Virus record (IMG/VR): IMGVR_UViG_3300030419_007265
Span: 1 to 60,925 of that record
Source: a virus
Lineage: Duplodnaviria > Caudoviricetes
Direction: 5' to 3' (one strand)
Length of the DNA stretch: 60,925 nt
Part shown: piece by piece, positions 44,199 through 54,060 of the stretch
How the letters are laid out: each line of letters starts with the position of its first letter
Position numbering within the stretch: the stretch's first letter is position 1
The notes under the pieces: model-generated
Database searches by the model: none
Seen by the model: the letters and a program-made list of their open reading frames with translations, nothing else
What the model was told of the DNA's origin: nothing
Made by a program: the position numbers and the translations under genes

Positions 44199-44226
44199 AA
44201 AATATATTACACCTTTTTCGTAAAGT

Positions 44227-44254
44227 AAAAGCCCCGCATAAAGCGGGGCTTTTT
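44227..44254. terminator. Intrinsic terminator
   Basis: AAAAGCCCCGC-ATAAA-GCGGGGCTTTTT. Confidence 0.88.
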
Positions 44255-44276
44255 CCTTTGGGCTCTCAGTGTTTTT

Positions 44277-44714
44277 TTATTTGCGCGTAGGCCTCTTTCT
44301 TTTATCTCCTCCACGGCGAGGTCGCTCCCCTCGCTCACGACGCGGCTTACCGCCCCTTTTAGCATCTTTGTTTTTTCGTTCCGCTAATGCTTTTTTCATA
44401 GCGGCTTGTTCTTTTTCACAAAGCTTACCATCTTTATTTTTATCGAATCGCTGAAGCGCCATTCTTTTACGAAGCGCTGTTTGCTTTTCTTTAGCTTGCT
44501 GAGGGGTAAGCTTTCCAGCTTTTACTGCATCTCTAATTTTTTTTGCTGCAGCCGCATATCTTTTTCTCGCATCGTTTGGATTAACCTTTTTAGCAGTGGG
44601 CTTTTTACCCTTAGCTATTGCTGCTTTATTTGTTTTAGAATGATGATCAGCTTGAACTACGCTGGTACCTAGTAACAATGCTGCCGTAATAATGAATGTG
44701 ATGTATTTCTTCAT
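44277..44714 (-). CDS. Secreted basic EF-hand protein
   Basis: Signal peptide MKKYITFIITAALLLGTSVVQA; EF-hand DKNKDGKLCEKE. Confidence 0.7.
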   Translation of the reverse strand: MKKYITFIITAALLLGTSVVQADHHSKTNKAAIAKGKKPTAKKVNPNDARKRYAAAAKKIRDAVKAGKLTPQQAKEKQTALRKRMALQRFDKNKDGKLCEKEQAAMKKALAERKNKDAKRGGKPRRERGERPRRGGDKRKRPTRK

Positions 44715-44718
44715 AAAA

Positions 44719-45240
44719 TTATTCTCCCGGATTGTTTCCGTCAATTACCTCGTCTCTTTTGTTTTTAAATTCATTGCGAATTTCTTTGATTCGATTTCTA
44801 ACCTCTTCCCTATTGCCTTTCATGCTTTCAAACCAATCTTTACGAAGTCCTTTTAATTGCTCCCTTAAGCCTTCTTTATCTTCATCAGAGACATCTTTAA
44901 GTTGCTTATGAAGATCTTTTACTTGTGAATGATGCTCCTTAGCGGCAGCAGTAAAAGCGTCTCTGAGTTCTTTAACTTTTTCATCATCTCTAACCAGCTT
45001 GCCAAAAGCTCGTCCTTTATGATTTATTTTGTGACCCTTCTTTTTAGAATCCTTATGATGTTTTTTACGCTTTTCAAACGCAGCCTTTAAACGCTCTTTG
45101 ATTTTTTCTCTATCAATTTTTTTCTCAGGACGTGGCCTCTCCGGCTTTTCCTTATCTTTTTTAGGGTGAGCTTCTACAGTTGTTAATGAAGCTGCCAAAA
45201 CAGCTATCAAGCCAATTTTAGTTAAATATTTCATAATCAT
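44719..45240 (-). CDS. Secreted highly charged helical protein
   Basis: Signal peptide ending VEA; K/E/R-rich helices; GTGTA upstream. Confidence 0.65.
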   Translation of the reverse strand: MIMKYLTKIGLIAVLAASLTTVEAHPKKDKEKPERPRPEKKIDREKIKERLKAAFEKRKKHHKDSKKKGHKINHKGRAFGKLVRDDEKVKELRDAFTAAAKEHHSQVKDLHKQLKDVSDEDKEGLREQLKGLRKDWFESMKGNREEVRNRIKEIRNEFKNKRDEVIDGNNPGE

Positions 45241-45384
45241 ATAATATATACACTGCAAGATTTATGCCAGAAGTTTTTTTTGTTTTTTCTTTAGTTTTAT
45301 CTAGTTACTTTAAGTTGAGAGAGGAATATTCCCCAACACAAAATAATTTCAGGTAAATAATCCCCGATAAGTGTAAAACATATT

Positions 45385-45588
45385 GTGAAACAATTTTTAA
45401 AATATTTAATTTTGATAACTCTGTTTACAGGCTGTGCTAACTTAAAAGAAGTAGATATAAGCCTTACTGGAATCGAAATGGAATATTATCCTGCCCACCC
45501 TTCACAAGAAGAACCTAGCATTTTTGGAGGTGCCCTGCCTAAAGTTGGAGACACACTTCCTGAATTAATGCCAATGACAAAAAAATAA
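45385..45588 (+). CDS. Small lipoprotein
   Basis: Lipobox LFTG-C; GTG start 9 nt after GTGTA. Confidence 0.65.
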   Translation: MKQFLKYLILITLFTGCANLKEVDISLTGIEMEYYPAHPSQEEPSIFGGALPKVGDTLPELMPMTKK

Positions 45589-45590
45589 AA

Positions 45591-46022
45591 ATGGAAGAAT
45601 TAGCCTCTTTAACAAATTTAATCAATAGCTCTAATATAGTGCAAGAGTTATCCAGCATGGGCACTGATGACGCAGAAGCAATCGCAAAAAATTTATTTTC
45701 TCAATACGGATGGATATTTGCAGCAGGAGTAGCAGTGATTTTAGCTAAAGACGTAATGATGAATTTTGCCAAAGGTATTTTGATTTTTTATGGCTCTCAT
45801 TTTAATAATGATGATATTATTTACATTAGTGGACGACAAGCCAGAATAGTAAGGGTTGGCTTGACCAGCACCACCTTTTATATGACAGACCGGAAAAGTA
45901 AGATGGTTGTACCCAACGAACAACTAAAAGAGTTAACAATAGAAAAAACGTTACCTCAAAATGGACAAGAACCTTATCTACCTAAAGGTAACGATCCAGA
46001 GTTCACGAAAAATAAAAAGTGA
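45591..46022 (+). CDS. Minimal MscS-family (mechanosensitive channel) protein
   Basis: TM helix, AKDVMMNFAKGILIF, FNNDDIIYISG...IVRVGLTSTTF...VVPNEQL, matching MscS TM3 plus beta-domain. Confidence 0.7.
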   Translation: MEELASLTNLINSSNIVQELSSMGTDDAEAIAKNLFSQYGWIFAAGVAVILAKDVMMNFAKGILIFYGSHFNNDDIIYISGRQARIVRVGLTSTTFYMTDRKSKMVVPNEQLKELTIEKTLPQNGQEPYLPKGNDPEFTKNKK

Positions 46023-46318
46023 GCAAATCACAATTTAAAATAAAAATGAAAAGACAAAAGTTATTGCAAAAGCAACAAAGGCAAGCTGAGCAAAAAAAAC
46101 AAGAAAAAAGAAAGTTTAGAAATAAAATTATTTTAGCAATAATTATTATTGCATCTTCAGTGGCCCTCGCTTTCTTATTCGGAGAGAAAAAAGAAGCGAT
46201 CAAAGAAAAAATTGTAGAAAATATTGTGGAAAAAACTGTGGACTCTACTATAGATAAAGCTACTGAAAATATAAAAGAAAAAACAGTTGAAAAACTTACC
46301 GACTTAATTAATAATTAA
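46019..46318 (+). CDS. Single-TM membrane protein
   Basis: Basic N-terminus, IILAIIIIASSVALAFLF, helical C-terminus. Confidence 0.6.
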   Translation: MSKSQFKIKMKRQKLLQKQQRQAEQKKQEKRKFRNKIILAIIIIASSVALAFLFGEKKEAIKEKIVENIVEKTVDSTIDKATENIKEKTVEKLTDLINN

Positions 46319-46322
46319 AAAA

Positions 46323-46514
46323 ATGTATAATTACTCATTTCATCGTCAAGAAGAAGACGAACCTACTGGCGCTACTGTAAGCGAAGACCTCCAAACTAAC
46401 TTGAGAGGACTCGACCCTACGTTGGATCAAGTATTAAGTGGCTTTGAAGTTTTTGTTCCTGCGTGCGGTTTTGACTTACAAGGCAGTGGCATAGGTTTAG
46501 TTCCTAAAGATTAA
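46323..46514 (+). CDS. Hypothetical protein
   Basis: 63-aa ORF continuing the operon. Confidence 0.45.
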   Translation: MYNYSFHRQEEDEPTGATVSEDLQTNLRGLDPTLDQVLSGFEVFVPACGFDLQGSGIGLVPKD

Positions 46515-46675
46515 ACCTGTAGCTTCTTAATCCTTTTATTATATTTTTCTGTGAGATGTAATATCTCTGTTACAATTTGATTGAAATCTTCATATTGCAA
46601 ACGGCTACTGCAATACATTAATTGAGATACTAGTTGAGCAGTTAACGCGGAAGTATCAGATTGTTTTCTATTCAT
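46511..46675 (-). CDS. Hypothetical 54-aa protein (below track cutoff)
   Basis: MNRKQSDTSALTAQLVSQLMYC...; ATG shares a base with the upstream stop. Confidence 0.45.
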   Translation of the reverse strand: MNRKQSDTSALTAQLVSQLMYCSSRLQYEDFNQIVTEILHLTEKYNKRIKKLQV

Positions 46676-47388
46676 TAAGCTGACGGGTATTCAGGAGGAT
46701 CTTCGTGGATCTCAGTGTCTTTTGTCTCTTGTTTGGAAGTGTCTTCTTCGGGGTAATGATTATAAAAAAAGTAAGGGCTATTTCCAAAAGATCTATCGAT
46801 ATCTTCTGAAGTCATCTCTGTATCATATATCTTCACTTTAGGCGGGTTATCCATAGAATAAGGAACAATGAAATCAGGGTTATGCCAGCGAAGTAAATTA
46901 TTAGGAGGTATGGCGTAATTTCCATCGTCCATTTCAAGAAAGTGATAACACTTTGAATCTTGATCATTAGCGTATCCAATATTGAGCTCATTAAGGTCCC
47001 CCTCATAATCATCAATAGTAAATACATACTTACCAGAACGCCATACTCTGTCGCGGCAGAATACGTCCACCCGACGATTTTGCAGAAAGCCGAATGTCGT
47101 AACTGCGATATCATTATCCTGACAATCCCACGTCTGTAATAAAGATAATCTTCTTTGTTCATCGTTACTCAACGGATCAAAGTCCTCTTTATGGCAAAAA
47201 GCGGATATAGGCATCTGCCAAAAAACAGCCCCAAAGCACGATTGAAAATGAAAGTGCATTGGCCGATTAATCATAGATTTTACACCAAAAATATATCCTT
47301 CGGTTAATCCTTCATCATTATTCCCAAAAATATATTTATTCCGAATAAAACACCCAATATAAGGTGTGTTAGCATTTAGTTGAGCCAT
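46675..47388 (-). CDS. Hypothetical phage protein
   Basis: 237-aa ORF co-oriented with the carbamoyltransferase. Confidence 0.65.
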   Translation of the reverse strand: MAQLNANTPYIGCFIRNKYIFGNNDEGLTEGYIFGVKSMINRPMHFHFQSCFGAVFWQMPISAFCHKEDFDPLSNDEQRRLSLLQTWDCQDNDIAVTTFGFLQNRRVDVFCRDRVWRSGKYVFTIDDYEGDLNELNIGYANDQDSKCYHFLEMDDGNYAIPPNNLLRWHNPDFIVPYSMDNPPKVKIYDTEMTSEDIDRSFGNSPYFFYNHYPEEDTSKQETKDTEIHEDPPEYPSA

Positions 47389-47397
47389 CTTCTTATA

Positions 47398-49098
47398 CTA
47401 TTTCCAAACCAGAATATCTTCTAATATTAAATAATCTAAATTAGATCGCAAAAATGTTTTAATGGCATCTTCAGCGCTATCTACCAACGGTTCCCCTTTT
47501 AAATTAAAGCTTGTGTTCAAAAAGACAGGGGTACCAGACAATTGCTCAAAATGACCTAAAGCATTATAAATTATTTTATTTTGTTCAGCATTAACAGATT
47601 GAGGTCTACATGTCCCATCAATATGAGTAACCGCAGGTATTCTCTTTTTCCATTCGTCCCTAACAGGCGCGGCTATTAGCATATATGGAGAAGGGTGCTT
47701 TAAATCCACTATTGTATTAAAATTATCTTCCTTTATAACAGGTGCTAATGGACGCCACAATTCTCTGTCTTTAATTTTGTTTACTTTATCTAAATTCGAT
47801 GCAATGGTAGGATTAGCTAAAATACTCCGGTGGCAAAGTGCCCGCGGCCCTATTTCGGCTTTACCTGCACAATAGCCTACAATTTTATTATTATGAATTA
47901 AAGTTGCTAACGTGCTCGCTACATCTACTTGTTTGTAACGAAGCTGAGAATATTGTTTGATAACCTCAACAGCACTCTTGCTCACAAAACTCGACCCCCA
48001 ATAAGCTGAGGGAAAATTTATTGCAGGGATATGCTTTTTCCATCCAGACTGCTCACTTGAACATAAAATAGCTGCACCTAAAGCCGTACCGCTATCATGA
48101 GCCGCAGGAGGTATAAATAAGTTATTTACAAAAGGCTCTTTGATTAATTGTCCATTTGCTGAACAATTTAAAGCTGTACCTCCTGACAAAGCAAAATCGC
48201 CACATCCGGTTTTTGAATAAAGAAGTGTAGCTGCTTCTAGCAATACCTCTTCTAAATACTGCTGTGCGGTTTTGGCTAAGTTAACGCTTTCCGTACATAG
48301 AATGTTTTCATGAATTTTTTGCTTGACTCCTTGCAGTTCTAACTTTGTAAGAAATGTTTCGACTTTGTTTTGATCAATTTGCCATAATCCACCTCGATTA
48401 ACAAAAATTATATCTCTAGGTAATAGGCTTTCATCGCATTGGCCGTAACACGCCAGACCCATTGTTTTCCCTTCTTGCTCATGAGGCTTAAAACCTAAAA
48501 ACTTAGTAATGTCTTCATAGAAACGACCTATCGAGCCTAAGTAAGTAAAGTACGCTTCTTCTCGCATCTTTCCATTTGAAAAATATCCTGCGCGTCCAGC
48601 GGTTGCCCCTCCATTCCCATCCATGGTAATATAATTACATTCTTTAAAAGGCGAACAACTTATGGAGCTAACGGCGTGACATTCGTGGTGATCATACCAA
48701 TGTAAATTTTGTATGGGAAATCCATATCTTATTGCCTCTTTAATAAGTTGAGCTTCGAGGTCGATATCCGCTAATTCGTAAAGTGCTGCGCCGAACTCGT
48801 CCGACTCCCATTCTAACTTATCCCACTCAAGATCTATGTTCTGCGCATAATCAGCGCCATGACATTTTTCCCATGTGTTTCGCGCTGTATCCCATCCAAT
48901 CGCTATCCTTCCAACGTCTTCTTTTTTAATTCCCGCAGCTTCTAAACAATAGTCAATTGAATGACGCGGAAAAGTTTTAAACGATTGCTTTATTCGGCTA
49001 AACCTCTCTTCTTCTGCAAAAGCAATGATTTCGTTATTTTTAAATAAGCATGCGGCTTGATTATAAGCCCCTAAAGTAGTTATCCCTAATATGTACAT
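47398..49098 (-). CDS. Carbamoyltransferase (NodU/CmcH/TobZ family)
   Basis: EEERFSRIK, HHECHA, EGKTMGLA.YG, SGGTALNC, GPRALCHRSILA, WRPLAP, THIDGT.R.Q, LNTSFN.KGEP. Confidence 0.95.
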   Translation of the reverse strand: MYILGITTLGAYNQAACLFKNNEIIAFAEEERFSRIKQSFKTFPRHSIDYCLEAAGIKKEDVGRIAIGWDTARNTWEKCHGADYAQNIDLEWDKLEWESDEFGAALYELADIDLEAQLIKEAIRYGFPIQNLHWYDHHECHAVSSISCSPFKECNYITMDGNGGATAGRAGYFSNGKMREEAYFTYLGSIGRFYEDITKFLGFKPHEQEGKTMGLACYGQCDESLLPRDIIFVNRGGLWQIDQNKVETFLTKLELQGVKQKIHENILCTESVNLAKTAQQYLEEVLLEAATLLYSKTGCGDFALSGGTALNCSANGQLIKEPFVNNLFIPPAAHDSGTALGAAILCSSEQSGWKKHIPAINFPSAYWGSSFVSKSAVEVIKQYSQLRYKQVDVASTLATLIHNNKIVGYCAGKAEIGPRALCHRSILANPTIASNLDKVNKIKDRELWRPLAPVIKEDNFNTIVDLKHPSPYMLIAAPVRDEWKKRIPAVTHIDGTCRPQSVNAEQNKIIYNALGHFEQLSGTPVFLNTSFNLKGEPLVDSAEDAIKTFLRSNLDYLILEDILVWK

Positions 49099-49166
49099 AT
49101 TTTGCCGTCGAACAAAAATAGTAATTTACCAGTTTAAAAAGTCTACCTTTTTATGACTATCTTTAC

Positions 49167-49985
49167 ATGGATTTTAGATGGGAAAATGGACGCATACGTT
49201 TTGGAGAACGCCCTAAAGCTTTTATTTTCTATACCGGGCTTTCTTATTTTCCTAATTTTTTTCATTGCGAAACAGGATGGAACTTTGACCTTGACATGGA
49301 ATTTGGTTATCAAAATCACATGCAATACCTTCATCAACCTTTATCTAATATGGGTTATGATGTCGGATGTGCCATTATTACCAATAAAGAAAATAATCCT
49401 AAATATAAAAGATACCTTCAACTATACAATGCTTTTGACATGAATTACAATGGGGATGTCAATGATTTTGAGATTGAGAGTATGGTTAATTACTTCAAGG
49501 TTCGCTATGAACGATTCGGTGCTTTTTCTTTTGGTTACCCTATTCAGGGGTTCCGCTTTTTAACTATTCAAGATCCAATCCCAATGGCCGACATTTATGT
49601 ATTTATTAGATGTGACCTAATTTTAAAAAAACCTCTTAATGAAATTAATATTGACTACGATAAAATAAATTACCTATGGAAAGAAGAAGGAATACATCGT
49701 CGATCACAAGAAGGAATAGCTAGCCCCAACCATCCTAATTCAGGCTGGAGCCAACACCATCGGGTATGTGGAAATATGTTACATGTAGTTAATAAAAAAT
49801 ATATCAAATCTTTCTTAACTCATTTTTGGCTTGAACACTGCTCTATGCACGCTATGCTAAAAGACTGCGACTCAGTTACTTTGCAAGATTTTCATATTGT
49901 ATGCGGTGACGAAATGTATGATTCTTGCACCGAAAGGGAATCAAATCCCATTTTTACTCACTCAAGAAAAAAGGTAGAAAACTAA
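49167..49985 (+). CDS. Hypothetical protein, possibly glycosyltransferase-like
   Basis: DIYVFIRCDLIL resembles a GT-A DxD-region strand; neighbours glycan genes. Confidence 0.4.
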   Translation: MDFRWENGRIRFGERPKAFIFYTGLSYFPNFFHCETGWNFDLDMEFGYQNHMQYLHQPLSNMGYDVGCAIITNKENNPKYKRYLQLYNAFDMNYNGDVNDFEIESMVNYFKVRYERFGAFSFGYPIQGFRFLTIQDPIPMADIYVFIRCDLILKKPLNEINIDYDKINYLWKEEGIHRRSQEGIASPNHPNSGWSQHHRVCGNMLHVVNKKYIKSFLTHFWLEHCSMHAMLKDCDSVTLQDFHIVCGDEMYDSCTERESNPIFTHSRKKVEN

Positions 49986-50005
49986 AAAAAAGAGTGTAAT
50001 TTTAC

Positions 50006-50034
50006 TTGACATAACGTCTTTCACCTCACATAAT
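50006..50034 (+). promoter_or_regulatory. sigma70-type promoter
   Basis: TTGACA-17 nt-CATAAT upstream of 50050. Confidence 0.6.
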
Positions 50035-50049
50035 CTTTTTTTACATTAT

Positions 50050-50772
50050 ATGAAGAAATTGTTTCTTACTATGTTAATTGTTGGTTCTTGTGCGTTAACT
50101 AACGCTCAAGAAGTGGCTTCTCCGGAGCCCTCTGTAACGGCTGTCGCAGGATATGCTGACGAAATTTATATTCGCGGTTTATCATACGGTGGCGACGGTA
50201 TCCTTGCTGGAGCAAATATCAAGATCCCTACTAAGTGGGCCGATCTTCATGCTGGAGGCTACCATCTTCTTGCTTCGGAAGAAGACACTCAATCTCATTT
50301 TTCAGCAGCAGCCAAAAGAAGCTGGACTGTTGGTGGGATCGGGCTCTCCACTTCCGCTGGTATTAGTAGTCATCAAATTAACAATCCTGCGGTTGATAGT
50401 ACTGCAGCAGTTAGTTTAACCCTTGGTCTCGAAGATGATCCAACTGGCATTTCTACATGGCTTAATCCTACGCTTTCCTTATGGAAGGATGTTGATTATG
50501 GATTTACAGGTACCACGTGGGGCGTAAGTCACACATGGGAAACCACAGCTTTAGGTAAAGACTGGAGCTTAACTCCTGCTGCCAAGTTAGGTATTGGTGA
50601 CGATTACGATTATGAGCAAGTTTCACTTAAAGTTTCTACTGATGTAGATGTATTCGGACTCTCTCTTGAGCCGACCCTTAAGTTGACTTGGCTAGATAAC
50701 GATATTGACATTCCTGCCCTGCAGGCAGATAGTCAAACCGCCGTTTGGTTTGGTTTTACTTACAAGTTGTAA
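50050..50772 (+). CDS. Outer-membrane beta-barrel (porin-like)
   Basis: Signal peptide, YIRGLS near N-terminus, alternating beta strands, C-terminal WFGFTYKL beta-signal. Confidence 0.75.
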   Translation: MKKLFLTMLIVGSCALTNAQEVASPEPSVTAVAGYADEIYIRGLSYGGDGILAGANIKIPTKWADLHAGGYHLLASEEDTQSHFSAAAKRSWTVGGIGLSTSAGISSHQINNPAVDSTAAVSLTLGLEDDPTGISTWLNPTLSLWKDVDYGFTGTTWGVSHTWETTALGKDWSLTPAAKLGIGDDYDYEQVSLKVSTDVDVFGLSLEPTLKLTWLDNDIDIPALQADSQTAVWFGFTYKL

Positions 50773-50795
50773 AGTTCATTCTAACAAGCACTTCA

Positions 50796-50829
50796 AATCC
50801 TCAGGTAATAAAACCTGAGGATTTTTTTT
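50796..50829 (+). terminator. Intrinsic terminator
   Basis: AAATCCTCAGGT-AATAAA-ACCTGAGGATTTTTTTT. Confidence 0.88.
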
Positions 50830-50868
50830 GTAAATAGAATTTTTGCTAACTTAATCTATTATTTTACT

Positions 50869-51234
50869 ATGTCTTTAAGTGAATGTCGTTTTTGTGATCT
50901 AAGTCTCCACTCTATTCTGGAAACAAATGAACACGCAGCTTCTTTTTTAGACGCTTATCCTGTAACTAAATATCACAGTTTATTTATTCCTCGTCGACAC
51001 GTTTTGACTTATTTTGATTTAAATGATAAAGAACGTGAAAGTATTCATGAGCTTCTAATCATTCAGCGTGAAAATATTCTAAAGCAAGACCCAACTGTTA
51101 AAGGTTTTAATATTGGATGGAACTGTGGTAAGGAAGCTGGGCAAACAGTTTTTCATGCTCATTGTCATTTAATTCCACGGAGAGATGGTGATGATTATAA
51201 TGATAAAAGACGAAAAAATCAGCCATGGGTATAG
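50869..51234 (+). CDS. HIT-family nucleotide hydrolase
   Basis: CRFC, DAYPVT..H, GFNIG.N.G..AGQTVFHAHCHLIPR. Confidence 0.92.
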   Translation: MSLSECRFCDLSLHSILETNEHAASFLDAYPVTKYHSLFIPRRHVLTYFDLNDKERESIHELLIIQRENILKQDPTVKGFNIGWNCGKEAGQTVFHAHCHLIPRRDGDDYNDKRRKNQPWV

Positions 51235-51270
51235 TGGAAAATTCATTAATCATGTGTATATATAATTAAT

Positions 51271-52083
51271 ATGGAAGTAGATTTCACTCACCGAATAATT
51301 CAAGCAAAAGAAGGTAAAACCTTGAATAAACCTTTCCGCACCCCAAAAGGTCCTAAAAAGTTTTCAGTATATGTTAAAAACGAAAAGGGGAATGTGGTAA
51401 AGGTTAATTTCGGCGATCCTAATATGGAAATCAAACGAGATGACCCTGATCGTCGCAAAAACTTTCGTGCTCGTCACAACTGCGCAAATCCGGGTCCTAA
51501 AACCAAAGCTCGCTATTGGAGTTGTAAAATGTGGGAGGCGGGAAAATCGGTAAGTGATTATACTAAAGGTTCGCATCCCGCAGATGAGTGGGACGGCGAA
51601 ACTGTTTTTGACTTAGACGAACTCATATCTATCAATCCTTCTCTTGCCTTTGTGGATGATCCTGACGAAGAAGAGGAAGAGGATTGCGGGTGTGGTAGTG
51701 GATGCGGCTGCGAAGCAGTTGCTTCTAGGCCCGGCCCCAAGTCGTCAGCACAAACTCCTGCCAAGCCAAGTGAAAGAAAAAAAGGCTCTAGTAAAAATAA
51801 ACCCGGCAGCGCCGGAAGCGGGGGAGGTAAAATCACCTTCTCTGAAAGCACAGTTAAATCTTTAAAAGAAAAAGTTAAAGAGCATAACGCTAAACATTCT
51901 AAAAAAGTTACTTTGGGGCAACTTAAAAAAGTATACAGAAGAGGGGCGGGAGCTTTTTCTTCTTCTCACAGACCGGGCATGAGTCGTGGAGGATGGGCTA
52001 TGGCAAGAGTTAATATGTTTTTAAAAATGAAAAGGGGCGGAAAAGTTAAAGATTCTTATCGAAAAGCTGATGGCGATATTTAG
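51271..52083 (+). CDS. Basic two-domain viral protein, possibly virion/DNA associated
   Basis: VNFGD...RRKNFRARHNC...YWSC..W domain and VYRRGAGAF..SHRPG...WAMARVN domain; GTGTA upstream. Confidence 0.7.
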   Translation: MEVDFTHRIIQAKEGKTLNKPFRTPKGPKKFSVYVKNEKGNVVKVNFGDPNMEIKRDDPDRRKNFRARHNCANPGPKTKARYWSCKMWEAGKSVSDYTKGSHPADEWDGETVFDLDELISINPSLAFVDDPDEEEEEDCGCGSGCGCEAVASRPGPKSSAQTPAKPSERKKGSSKNKPGSAGSGGGKITFSESTVKSLKEKVKEHNAKHSKKVTLGQLKKVYRRGAGAFSSSHRPGMSRGGWAMARVNMFLKMKRGGKVKDSYRKADGDI

Positions 52084-52762
52084 ATTATTTATTTTTTTAT
52101 TTTTAGCTTCTAGTATTTATGCTGAAAATCGTTATGAAATAATTCATAAAAGAAATGCTTTTGGGTTAGCTTCCAGCACACCTGCCCCTGCTTTACCTCC
52201 CGTAACTATTGTAATGCCACCTGTTGAAATTTATCTAACAGGAATTACAAAACATAGAAAGCCTAAAGCTCATTTAGTTATAAAAGGAAAAGGAATAGTA
52301 AAAAATAAATTTTTATCCTTGACTGAAGGGGAACAGAAAGATAATATCTCTGTTATCAAAATTTTAAAAAATTCTGTTATTATTAATAATGGAAGCAGCC
52401 AGCAGCAACTTAGCTTTAAGACTCATGGGCTGCCAACGGTAATAACCAAGGTACCTACTGTCAAAATAGCGGAGAAGGGCTCTAAAAGCTCTTCTAAGAG
52501 CGTTAAAGCTTCGCCCCCTACTCCACCTACCCCTAGGCCTCAAATCGTCCCTGTACCCTCTCGTAAGCCTCGTATAGACCCCCGCATACTTGAAAGAGGT
52601 TTAGAGTACATCAGTAAAATAGAAGATAAAGAAAAAAAAGAGTATATTCTTCAAAGATTAGAAAAACTTCAAAACGGACAAGAAAAGATAGATAATAAGA
52701 TTGATTCAAACGAAAGAAGAAGAAGATACGATGAATATAAAAGATCTCGTTCGCAAAAATAA
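52070..52762 (+). CDS. Secreted/membrane Pro-rich protein with GspC/PilP-like beta domain
   Basis: Signal peptide; RNAFGL; IYLTGIT...LSLTEGEQKDNISVIKI. Confidence 0.5.
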   Translation: MAIFRLFIFLFLASSIYAENRYEIIHKRNAFGLASSTPAPALPPVTIVMPPVEIYLTGITKHRKPKAHLVIKGKGIVKNKFLSLTEGEQKDNISVIKILKNSVIINNGSSQQQLSFKTHGLPTVITKVPTVKIAEKGSKSSSKSVKASPPTPPTPRPQIVPVPSRKPRIDPRILERGLEYISKIEDKEKKEYILQRLEKLQNGQEKIDNKIDSNERRRRYDEYKRSRSQK

Positions 52763-52802
52763 AGAATTGACTTTTTGGCCAAATTTCCTAGTATAGCTAA
52801 TT

Positions 52803-53024
52803 ATGTCAGTTCATCTTAAAACAATGTTAGAATCCGCTAAGCGCGCGGCTTCCGCAGCTCAGGATGCAGCCAATGATTGCCAGAAGGCCGTAGAAGCAAG
52901 TCGCCGTGAAGCTGAAGAAATTTCCTCTTTAGCTAATGAAGCCTCCACCCAAGTAGTTCAAGCTCAAGAACGAGTAAAAACAATTGAAGCAAAAATAACG
53001 GCTACTTCAAACTCAGACGGTTGA
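52803..53024 (+). CDS. Ala-rich coiled-coil protein
   Basis: 73 aa; TTGACT-16-TAGTAT upstream. Confidence 0.55.
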   Translation: MSVHLKTMLESAKRAASAAQDAANDCQKAVEASRREAEEISSLANEASTQVVQAQERVKTIEAKITATSNSDG

Positions 53025-54059
53025 AAGAACAGTATCCTTAAAGAATTTAAGGATAGCGTCAGGCTTAACCGATTCGGGAATAGTATTGTCAACAAAAAGA
53101 GGTTCATTTATATAGGATTGGTATCTCTCTTCATTCTGGTCAATTTGTTTTATATCTTCGATCATTTCGTCGATCGATTCATAATCAATTAGATTGATAA
53201 ATGCTTTTGTGTTGAAGTCGTTTGACACACTGGAGTGCCCCCAGTAAATAGGTACTGCTCCCGCGATTTTAGCATGAAAAAGTTTTTCGGTATGGTAGCC
53301 TTCCCGAATTTTATTTTCAAAACAAAAAATAAACCTATAGTCTTTAGAGATTTCTAATTTTCTTTTTTCCCACGGATAGAACCCGTTACCAAAATAATCT
53401 CCATATCCATCTACAGTTTTATAAGCGTTTAATTTTTCATACGCTTCTATACGATTACCTGTTGAATTATTAAAAAAACTTACACAAAATTTAGTTTTAG
53501 TAGTGTTTTTGTATTGATTATCATTTATATCAGATTCGCCTATCAAAAGAGCTGGCTCACCATAAGAAACATCATACCCTTGATATTGAGCATTATATGT
53601 AGCCTTGTTAAACCAATCAATCTGATACGCCCAATAGGGAAGCCTTTTGTGACGGGTATCGCTGGTTACATCATGAGTTAAAGCAAAGTCGCACTTTGAG
53701 TAATAATATTTTACTCTATCGCTATCTTCACTATCTCCAGTTAAATCACTTAGAGGATCACTAACATATGTTGTTTGGGACCCTGCAGTTGTACGAATGG
53801 AAACAGAAGGAGGATAAGAAGTCTCTTGATCTAACTTAGCAGGGATACCTTCCATTGTATAAAAAACTCTTTTTGTGATTTTGTCTTTATACTTAAGTCT
53901 TTCTTGATTTTGATAAGGGTCGCATGATAAAAATAATATATCCGGATTTTCTTCGTCCAGTTCTACATCGTAAGCAGTTTTCAGTAGATGATAAAAGTAA
54001 TTGTTATCATAATAAAACTGAGGCCAAAAATCTGCAAACCATAATTTTAATTTTGACAT
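53013..54059 (-). CDS. Glycosyltransferase family 10 (alpha-1,3/4-fucosyltransferase-like)
   Basis: F.DFW, YRFIFCFEN...GYHTEKLFHA..AGAVPIYWG...FN.KAFIN. Confidence 0.92.
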   Translation of the reverse strand: MSKLKLWFADFWPQFYYDNNYFYHLLKTAYDVELDEENPDILFLSCDPYQNQERLKYKDKITKRVFYTMEGIPAKLDQETSYPPSVSIRTTAGSQTTYVSDPLSDLTGDSEDSDRVKYYYSKCDFALTHDVTSDTRHKRLPYWAYQIDWFNKATYNAQYQGYDVSYGEPALLIGESDINDNQYKNTTKTKFCVSFFNNSTGNRIEAYEKLNAYKTVDGYGDYFGNGFYPWEKRKLEISKDYRFIFCFENKIREGYHTEKLFHAKIAGAVPIYWGHSSVSNDFNTKAFINLIDYESIDEMIEDIKQIDQNEERYQSYINEPLFVDNTIPESVKPDAILKFFKDTVLSTV

Positions 54060-54060
54060 T

